From Campylobacteraceae bacterium (GTDB lineage Bacteria; Campylobacterota; Campylobacteria; Campylobacterales; Campylobacteraceae): a stretch of DNA of 64,000 bases. The stretch spans positions 3,977 to 67,976 of the forward strand of contig JAISXY010000041.1 in NCBI GenBank assembly GCA_031270285.1, read 5' to 3'. This document shows positions 33,701 to 43,400 of the stretch, piece after piece (position 1 is the first letter of the stretch; each line of letters opens with the position of its first letter). A program made the translations under genes and the position numbers. Below the pieces are notes generated by a model, which was given only the letters and a program-made list of their open reading frames with translations, was not told where the DNA came from and ran no database searches.

Positions 33701-34404
33701 CTTATCTCATCTTTGCCGTTTTTTGCATCTTCGGGCTTAAGAAGAGAGATCGTTTTAGCAGACGTCTCATCAAATATTCCATCTTTGTCGTAAGCTTTCA
33801 GCACATATACCAATTCGTCTCCCGCTTTATAACTGTATTTGTCGGGAAGCTTACCGTCCCATTTTACTCTCGTAAAAGATGTCGGGGCTATATTGAGTAC
33901 AGCCAAAGGCTCTATAAGATCTTTATCTATGCTTCTATATATGGAAAGTTCAAGTCTGTCTATGAAAGCTGCATAATTTGTTCTGATATAAAAATCTAAA
34001 CTTTCAGTCAGCTGTCCGTTTTCTATCGACACAAACGATAAAGCGGCGGCATTTAAGGAGGTTCCGCCTATATTCGGATCTTCCGATACCCATATCAAAC
34101 CATTGTCCGGAAGTTGAATAGAGTAAGCGCTCGGATATATCAACGGGGCTTTAACATCCGTTATAAGCGGATCGTCCGTAACCGAAGCGTTGTTCTCTTC
34201 TATCGCATTTTCCTGCTCTTCTTCCAATGAAGGCGGAACAACCAAAGCAGGTTCTGACTGTATAATAACCGAATTAAAAGCCGGATTTTGTTCATCCAGT
34301 ATAATTATATCGTTATCAACCGTAACCTCGTTAGAGGCGTTCAATGGCATAGAGCCGATTAATAAAGCTGCCGCTAAGGCGCTGATTTTGATATTTCTTC
34401 TCAT
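30727..34404 (-). CDS. 1225-aa outer-membrane protein: N-terminal soluble region plus a large C-terminal beta-barrel; putative partner of the giant adhesin
   Basis: Signal peptide MRRNIKISALAAALLIGSMPLNA|S. In roughly the last 600 aa, hydrophobic and polar residues alternate with frequent aromatic girdle residues. The C-terminus ...GWFLNAVGTY ends in an aromatic residue (an OMP signature). The ATG overlaps the TGA of the upstream gene (tcat at 34401-34404). Confidence 0.6.
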   Translation of the reverse strand: MRRNIKISALAAALLIGSMPLNASNEVTVDNDIIILDEQNPAFNSVIIQSEPALVVPPSLEEEQENAIEENNASVTDDPLITDVKAPLIYPSAYSIQLPDNGLIWVSEDPNIGGTSLNAAALSFVSIENGQLTESLDFYIRTNYAAFIDRLELSIYRSIDKDLIEPLAVLNIAPTSFTRVKWDGKLPDKYSYKAGDELVYVLKAYDKDGIFDETSAKTISLLKPEDAKNGKDEIREHISKEQGVLISSNEAAIAQYLLNEAFGQNSIDKQNIITYGSKVIVRGVNIPKESALLINSEQYPIDFERRFTAEYIVPVGTHTYDIALIGKENIQGRLSVDVSPYYMFGVAIADITVKKSDVSDSALRADDDEDVFEEGRLAFYAKGKLYGKYHITAQADTTQRDIDRLFSGFTQADATELFESLDPDMYYPTYGDDSTVFKDINTRGRFYAKVGWDKSEALWGNYDTGFSGTEYASYSRTLYGAKLDYNSIDINPYGESKRSVKLFGSEAMSALGHNEFLGTGGSLYYLQHMDILPGSEKILLQVTDTITGNTIARIDLKNGIDYEVDNIQGRVILSRPLSQIIYQHVNTITISSPLSGYEQRLIVDYEYAPRNLEDDILTGGVRVKQWINDYIAVGGTYVREQKGSSSDDYQIAGGDVTLQFGKGTYIRGEITRTESNAGSIFYSDNGGLHFTDIGSASNATSGNAIAVDAKINFKELGVVNNELTLGGWYRDAQKEFSQTASSLTLGGITEYGAETIAEITNDISVYAKASRSERESDDSAYSEVALKTAYKANEKLTLSVEADYREIENNATSKIHGAVGAVRADYDITSNLEAYFTGQFMINNNQGAYENNDAIVVGTRYILNGSTLEGRYTTGHRGEALNLDVSHELNKDHTIYAGYTYSGEGYSNDNIFSSKADTGFTVGQKWNLTNKINLYNESQLIRNGNSKGNSNSLGMDFYPGEGWNMGFLYQKGDLNSISTQEETTRDAFSFSIGQTSSVMNWLSKLEYRQDRGSEEREQFLTTNRISYKLNESLRLAGRFNYSETKDNNNAQDGAEFTEANIGFAYRPFDSSSFALFGRYTYLYDIAPSGQITYDGYNSEYDQKSQIISFEGVYKYDAKWEFALKYAQRFGEIKYEGLGDWFDSRTTFYAGQVRYDLLYDWHTLVEYRVLDIKDGGTKEGYMIGIDKDITKNFRLGIGYNFTDFSDDLRILDYKSRGWFLNAVGTY

Positions 34405-37400
34405 TGCGCACCTCCTTCGGTTGTTGTCACCGAGCGCATAAGTGCCTCCAAATTCTTTATATTATCGGGCAGTTTTACCCCGAAGTCAAATCTTACGGGA
34501 ATACCCGGAGTCAATCTTCTAAGCAGAGGATTGGCTGTCGTAAATGTTGAGCCTGTAGGCAATGAGCTTGCATCAACTTTCATGATAAAGTTTCTGCCTA
34601 CGCCCCACTCTCCTCCGAGTATATTCAACAAGTGATACCTTCCGAATTGATCTGTTGTTATGATATAACCCTCCGCAGTTGCGATTCTAACGCCCGGTAT
34701 TCCTATTTCGCCTTCATCTTGCATGCCATTGGCATTGCTGTCTATATAGACGGTTCCGAATATCAAGCTCTCATCTATCATAGGATCTCCGGTGATTTCT
34801 ACTTCAGCCGAAGCTTTGTTAGAGATTGAGATTGACGCTTTAAAGGCTTCAACATATGATTTATGTTTTCCTTGTTTGACCCCTGCTCCTACTCTTAAGA
34901 TAAATACTACCTTTATCTCTCCGTTATTTGTTACCGTAAGATTATTAGCGTTAAACTCATGAGCGCTTATAAAGGTTGAATTAACCGTACCGTTAGCGGT
35001 GGTAGAGCTGACGGATCCTTCTACAAACGAGAATCCTTTAGGTATAGTATTTTTCAAGTCAAATATCGCCGGCTGGTCCATATTGTTTTGAATATTAACC
35101 GTATATCTTATTAGATCTCCTACATGCGCCATGCTGGTCGCTGCAGTAAAGTCTGTAATAGTAAGATTATCGTCAAATAATATTCTTCTAAACTCCCTTT
35201 CTATAGGGAAACCGCTGACGATTGAGCCGTTTATATATGCCGTAACATTGGCTTTGCCCCACTCTTCGCTCATCCAATATACCGTGCATGAGCCGTCCAA
35301 TCCCGTTAAGCATGTAAGCGTCTGGATATTGCCCGAGCTGGTATTAACATTAGACAGATTGCCTTTATCTATCTCAAAGTAGATACTAACATTCTCTGCC
35401 GCAGTAGAGTTAAACGCATCTCTTGCGATAACCGTTACAGTGTAATAATCAATTCCGTCAGCAGAAGCGTTTGTGGTATTATCTATCTCATGAGTTACAT
35501 AAATACCCGAATTGGTAGCGTTAACAGTGCCCGTTTGGAATATAACCGTAGCATTTTTTCCATGATCGTTGCCGTTTATATTTAGCCCGTTAATGATAAA
35601 GCTTACCGCTACGCTGCCCTGATTAAACGCCGTTAGATTAGCAGTATAATTTCCGCCTGTTCCGCCGTTTATCGTAACATTCTCCAATCCGTTAAGTTCT
35701 GCTGTACTGTTTGTATTATTTGCAAGAATATAAATGGTAACGCTTAAATTGTCGATAGGATTGCCGCCTTTATCTCCAAGATATACTGTTACCAGCGAGT
35801 TGCTTCCCACATCTACAGGGCTTACGGCTTGGATATTGGTATTATTATTGGATTCGTTTACATCAACCTCTCCCGAATTAAAATAGACCCATTCGGTATT
35901 GCTGCTTGGCGATCCTCCGTTTATGGTAAATGTCAGCGTAGTATTGCCTATCTTAGTTGAACGCAAGACGGCGCTGTATGTGCCGTTTACATTTGTCAAA
36001 GTTCCCGTATGACCTGCTGTTCCTCCGTCAAATGAGGAGTTGCTGAGGCTTGTGTAGATAACTACATCATGATTGGTATTTTTGATAGGATTGCCTTGAG
36101 CGTCATTGACTGTTACCGTTACCGTTACCGTATCGTCCGTAGTTACATTATGGGCGCTTACCGTAATATTTGACATATTAAGGTTAACCCCGCCTGTAAT
36201 GAATGTTCTTGTTCCGTTGAGCGTTATACTCTCTACATTAGCCGTGATATTTTGAGGATTATCGGCAAGTGTGCTTCTCCACAATACCGAGCAGTTACCG
36301 TTGCTTGCCGTAGTGCAAACAATAGTAGAATTAACGGCGGTAGTGTTATCGAGCCAGCTTGTTACAGGTACGGCTAAAGCGACCAATGCGTTATTTATCG
36401 GATTGCTGTGAATATCCAGCACTTCCACCGTAGTGGTATAGTAAGAGACATTATTTGCTTCTATAGAGTTATCGGCAACAGGATTAAAATGTATGCGCGA
36501 TGTCTGACTTGACGCACTTCCCGCAACGAATGTTTTTTTAATATCTTTTACGGAAGGAGTGCCATATCCATCAAGATATGTACTGCCCACGCTTGCGTAT
36601 ATCTGGTATTCGCCTGCGATATTAGCCTTGAGGGTAATATTTGCGGAGCATTGACCTGTCGCATTTGTTACGCATGAGTGTCCTCCTGCGATAGTTCCAT
36701 GGAAACCGTCTATGATCTTATCGTCAAGATATGCATCGCGCACTTCCACGCCGCCTCTGTATATCCTGAATGTAACATTTGCGCCCTCCATTTTATTTCC
36801 GCTGTTATCTTCTACATATGCGTTGAGAGCATAGTAAATTAAGCATGAGGCTATAGTGCTTTCGCTCTCTTCGCACACAGAGATATTATTAGGCTGTGAA
36901 GCGTTATAGCTGTCAACTCTAAAATATGAGCTGCTGCTTAAGCTGTCATATGTAAATCTTCTTGCCTTATCTTCATTGGAAGAGTATATAGGAGTCGTTT
37001 CTCCCGCTATAGTAACATTGACTAAAAATTCGCCCGTCTTATCGCTTCTCCATAGAACGAGACAATTTCCTAAACTGTCTGTTTGGCAAGTAGAGTTGCC
37101 TGCGGTAAATCCTGTATTATTATTTAACTCTCCGTACCCTATATAGATATTCATGAATTGGTTAGGAACGGCGTTGTTATATATATCACGCGCGGTTATA
37201 TTGAGCGTATAATAGTTGCCGCTGTTTGCTATAACCGTATCGGTTGGAGGAGTTATGACAAGCGTTGAATTAGCGTTTTGCGCAGTTCCTGCCGTAAATA
37301 CTCTCCTCTGCGGTGAAGCTAAAACAGGATCTCCGTTTCCTCCGAGATTTGTATCTGCGATAGTAGCGTTGATGGAGAAATTACCTGACTGGTTGCTTGT

Positions 37401-40400
37401 CCATGTAATAGAGCATTGTCCTGATGCGTTTGCTTCGCAGCTATCGCTGCTGAGCGTTCCGCCTTCTACGCTAAACTGTATTATAGCGCCCGGCGACAAT
37501 GTCCCCGTGCTACTTACTGCCGTTACGGTAGCCGTATAAAGTCCCGTACCTACTAAAACAGGTCCCGCAGGATCAACCGTAAGCGTAGAATTAAAGGCGG
37601 CAGCGTTTGAGGCTATAAATTGTCTTTGCGTACTACCCACCTGCCCTGCAGAGACATTTGCCCAAATCGTAGGACTGCCCGGCGTATCGCTTCTCCACCG
37701 AACAGAGCAACTTCCGTCCAAAGAGACGCATGTAAGCGTTGTACTTCTGTTTGTAGTGTTGTCAAGCCATCCGCCGTTTACTGTGAATGTAACAAGTTCT
37801 CCCGTTATATCATGATTTAGAGCGTCTTTGATATATGCCGTAGCTGTAAAATAGCTGGAGTTATCTGCCGTTCTGCTTGTAGTAGGCAGCACCGTGAGAT
37901 TTGAAGTTGCAAAACTGACGATGCCCTGTACGAAATCTCTGTATTGCAATCCGCTTATTATCATGCCCTCAACTTTGGCAGTTACGGAAAAGTTTCCGAC
38001 TTTATCGCTAAACCAAGTAATAGAGCAGTTGCCGTTTGCGAGCGTTGTGCATGTGCTGTTTTTGTATGAAACTGTGCTATTGTTTAGATAACCCTCCTGC
38101 ACATCAAATGTGATTAACGATCCGGGTTTATTGTTCTGGTAAGCGTCTTTTATATTTACGCTCAACGTATATGCAGAAATATTATCGGCTGTAACGCTTG
38201 AAAGAGGCGTTATGACAAAGCTTGAATCTCCTAAACTTACAGGTCCGGGGATAAACTCTCTTATTTGAGTGCCGTTTTGTATAAGTACATTGCCTACCGT
38301 AGCGTTTATTGTAAAGTTATTGGCATTTGTGCTTGACCAGTATATCGTTATATTTCCGCTTAAAGGATCAACGCTGTAAGAGTTTATCGTATAGCTTCCG
38401 TCTAACAATCCGCCGCTTACGCTGACCAAAACAGAGCCTGAGGTAGGAATATTGCTGCTATCTCTAAGAGTTATCACGGCAGTATATCTATCCGTACCGT
38501 TTGCTGTTTTAGGGCCGGCTTCTACTATATATAAATCGGAAAAAGAGGCGTTAGCGCTTCCTGATTTAAATTCTCTTATTTGAGGCGAATTTGATATGGC
38601 TGTCCCATTCGTAAGAGCTGCCGTTATTGTAAAGTTTCCTTTCTCGCTCGGACTTACCCAGTAATATTCGCAGTATCCTTGAACGTTTGTAGTACAAATT
38701 ATACTCTGGATTGTTCCCGGACTGTTTACATTTGTCGTAAGCGTACCGTTAGTTACTGTAATATTAATGTTAGTACCCGGAACAAAGTTCGGACCAACGC
38801 TGTCTTTTGCGTATGTTCTTACAGTATAGTAACCGCCCTCAGAATCCACAGGTCCCGCACCCGTTACCGTGAGATTGGAACTTAACGCACTTACCGTTGC
38901 GGGAATAAATGTCGCCGTTTGATTGGAGCCTGTTATTTCAGGTCCGGTTTCGCTGCCAAATCTAACCGTAATCTTATACGTGCCTACCAAATTACTCCAA
39001 AGCGTATTGGTACTTATAGCGGCCGCGCCTGTGGTGCTGTTCATGCTGTCCGTTTCTGTTCCGACCAAACCGAAGCCGGCGCCATCTATCGCAGGTTCCA
39101 AACTGTAAAATACATATTGATTGGTTATCGTGTTGTTGTATTTGTCTCTTAATGTAGCGTTCATGTTAAATAATTGACCTACACTCTTAGGACCGGCTTC
39201 CAAAAGGAATGTTGAAGTGGTTTCATTGGCAAGTCCTGCGGTAAAGCCTTTTATAGCAGGGCTGCCGCTGATATGTTTGCCGTCAATGGTAGCATTCATC
39301 GTATAACTGCCCGCTATCGTGCTTGTCCATACGACAAAGCATGTACCGTCTGCGGCTGTTGTGCAGCTATATGTATTAAGCGCTCCGCCGCTGACTGCAA
39401 AATTGACGACCTTATTGCCTACCGCATTACCATTGTTGTCTTTTATAAGCGCCGTTGCCGTAAAATTACTTTCAACGGAGACAGAATCCTGAGGCGGATT
39501 GAAACTAAGCGATGAGGTAGTGTTATTTGCCGAACCGCTTGTAAATATAGTAGAAGCGTTTTTGCTGTGGTTGCTGTTGCTTCCTACTTCAAATCCAAAT
39601 GTTACCGTCTCGGAAACGGGAGTAGTGAAATAAAGCGTATATCTTCCGTTGCCTGTGCCGTCTTGACCTATTGTAGCCGTTGATGGATTAAATGTGCCGT
39701 TATTGCCGCTGTTGCCGCTCAATATTATTATCTTGACCGTTTCATTATTGACGGGGTTATTTTTATCGTCTTTCAGCGTTACGGTTATAGTAGAATTACT
39801 GTTTACCTCTACTGTTGAAGTCGCCGTGATAGTCGTATTAGGATGACCGATACTGACGTTTCCGGATTTAAATTTAGCCCAATCTGTTTTATGAGGAGTA
39901 ACGGAAGTGCTGCCGCCCACATTTGCCACATAGAAAGCAAATGTAACATTCTTTGAACTGTTTGTTGAAGCGGTTGCCGTATATGTTCCGTTATTAAGAT
40001 CAACTACAGAGGAGAAAATGACATCGTTGTTAACTCCCAATACAGTGCCGTTTTCCAAAGTAGCGTTAGCGACGCTGAATGTTACTGTCTCTCCATCTAC
40101 TCCATTACCGTCGCTATCAAGCAAATGCAGCGTAATAGTAACGTTCTCTCCCGCATATACTTCATGAGGAGATACGCTGAATATTGAGTTTGTAAGATTC
40201 ACATTCCCAACTGTAAAGGTTGTCGTATCGTTATTGTTCGCAGGAGCGATTACGTTGTTTGCGCTAAAGCCAAATGTTACGTTTCCTGCGACAGTCGTAC
40301 TGTATGAAACGGTATAGTATCCGCCTCTTTGATCGCTGCTATCTGCCGTATAAGTTATAGAATTATTTGAACCCGGCGGTACAAAATTGCCGGTGTCGTT

Positions 40401-43400
40401 TACCAGCACTCTTACGCCCACGGTTGCATTTGTTATCGTGTTGTTGAGTTGGTCGGCAAGATAGACTTTTATAATAGAGTTAGTGCCGACTTGCGTTGCA
40501 TTCGTAGCGTCTATAAAAGAGTGTGATTGATTGCCAAGATCAGGATCATTTGGATTAAATTTTGCATTTGCCGATTTATTACTGTAATCCGAACCTATAT
40601 GAAAGGTTACGTTATAATCGCCCGTTATATTGGAAGTGATATTGGCGGTATATATGCCGTTACCAAGTCCATTCGCTATTACAGGATAGATAGTAGCGTT
40701 TATACTGTTTGCAGAATTTACATATATCTCCATCTGTTTTCCATCTATAGAGTTATTGTCATTATCCGCAAAATAAACCGTTACCAGCGAGGTATTGCCC
40801 GCATTTGTTACATTAGGCTCTACTCTTATGGTGGTATAATTGCCGCTTGTATTACCACCTGTCGCACTAAAGATAGCCGTAGCGTTTTTCGTTTCATTGG
40901 CACTTACGCCATTCGCTTGAAAGCTTACTATCACGGTGCCTTGCAGTACGCTTGTAAGATTTATATCATAAAAGCCGTTATTGTGATTTACTACATTGGT
41001 GTTATGAAAAGCAGGAACGCCTCCAGCTGTTCCACCCAAATATACTAATGTGACTGTAGCGTTCAGTACGGGATTATTAAATCTATCCCCTATCCATATT
41101 ACCGCCGTAGCGTTTTCTGAAACGCCGATATTTGGATACGGTATCGTTATATTTGAACTGTTAAGATCCGGTACATCATGATGAAAATAAGCCGTTGCGC
41201 CGTTTGGTGCGCTGGAAGCTCCGTTCACCGAAAATGTCAAAAATACATTACCTGAAATATTTGAACTGATATTTGCGCTGTATGTACCGTCTCCGTTATC
41301 TATGGCTGTTATATTACTTCCTGCCGTAGATATGGCATGCGTGCCGTTTGAAAGATGAGGAACTGCCCCAGTGATTGCAGATATAAATAACTTTACATCG
41401 TCTCCGCCTGATGCTATGGTCGTGTTATTGCTATCTTTCAGCGTTACTAATACCGAAGAAGTTCCGCCCACCGTATTATTGCTCGGTATGACGGTTATCT
41501 GCGAATTGCCGACATGTATGCTTGAAGTAGAAATATCTACACGGCATACTACATCGCTTCCAAATGTAGGCGAAATACTAAAAGTACCGTTACCTACTAT
41601 GTCATATGGTAGTGTCGTTATACCACCTATGGCGCATGTTGCCTCAAATTTGTATCTGCTTAGCGGCGCCGTACTTCCCGAAGCCATTTTAATTGTTATA
41701 TTATTTGTATGATCCGCTTCAAGTATTGCAAAAGCGGTCAAATCGCTTGCTGTTCCCGATGAAGTATTTGACGTAAGCAGCAAAGATGTGTTCATGTCTG
41801 TGATACTTAAGTTGAACTGGTCGTTACCAAACGCCCTTCCCGTTATATTCGCATTCACTGTAACGGTAGGAGCCGTACCGTAAGAAAAGGTGCAGATAAT
41901 ATCCGAATTTGTCTTAACATCGCTTGCCGCTATAGTTATATTATCATACCATTTGCCCGATACTTGATATCTCGCAAATGTCAAAGGCAAATTAGCGTTA
42001 GCATTACTCAAATCTTTACAAGTAGTCTCATTGCTCATGATACCAAGCGTTTGAGGCTTATCTACCGTGATTGAAACGGCCGTACCCGCTGAATTTATCC
42101 TGTGAACTACTCCTAAAGGCTCATCCGTTACATTATTTGCTGATGTGGTATAAAATGTAGTGGAAGCGGTTGAGGGAGGAGTGGCGGACGCAAGTATATT
42201 GCTCATGTTAAAGGTAAAATTACCGCTGTTGCCCGTAGTTCCTACGGTTTTTAGAGCGACTCTTACCTGTCTATCTACAACAAATATCCGATAATCCTCT
42301 ACCTCTCCGTCCAGTACCCATGGATTAGATGCGCTGGAGCTTGCATTGGCTGTAGCCGATATGCCTGAAGAGGTCGTGTATCTTGCTCTCAAGAAACTGC
42401 CTCCGACGCCCTGTGCGGGGAGAGTCCCGCTAAAAGTTATATTGTCTCCCGTACCTACTTGATCTGTCGCTCCAAAATTACTCCAACTATTTACGCTTGC
42501 CGCTATAAAAACGCTGAGTTTACCTTCGTTTTTTTTACTGCCGTTGATATCCGCTTTGAACGCATAGGCTGTATTTGGTACAAAACCTCTCTCTTGTACG
42601 GGTATATATCTGTTATCTACAAACACATAGATACCGTCGTCGTACGAGTCGCTGTTTGCCAGCGAATTTCCTATATAGTTTTGGTCTATAGTTACATTTG
42701 AGCCGAGATATGCGAAAAGCTGACTGTTTTTCTTTAAAACGGAGCTGTGAAGTACTTCGTTAAAGTTTGCGTCGCTTCTATCTGAAGCGATAGTAAAGGC
42801 GAAATTGGCTCTGGAAACTGCCAAGTCGGTTGTTACATGAACTTTTGATATATAATTGGCGATTGAATCCGCGCCGTTGGCGGTACTGTCAATGCCATCC
42901 GCCCGTTTGCCGTAGCATGAGCGGTTAGAAGAGCTGCCCGTAGTGTCGTCAACGCTGGTATTCAAATCTGCGCAATAGTTAGATACGGTATTGACGTTGC
43001 CGCCGGAGTTAGGCGTGCTAAATGTCCCGCCCGAAGCCCATGTCTGCGCTAAATGGGTGCCGTTTACGGCGGGGTTTTTGACGCGCACATAAAAGTCCAC
43101 ATTATTGGTATCGTTGATGATAAAAGAGTAAGTGCCGTTATTGGCGGTAGTTGTAGTGCTAAGCAAAGCGCCTGATTGGCTGTAGAGTTGCACCGTCAAG
43201 CCGTCTATACCATTCTCTGTACCCGATATAACGCCGTCTCCCTCTGCATCGTTAAATACCTGTCCTCTAAGGATAGGAGAAACTTGGCAAGAGGCAAGGT
43301 CAATAAGCTCACCAGATCCCATATCTATAACAGAAGAGCCTACAATCCCTGAAAGCGGATCCAATGATCCTATATCGCCACCATCATCTCCAAAATACAA

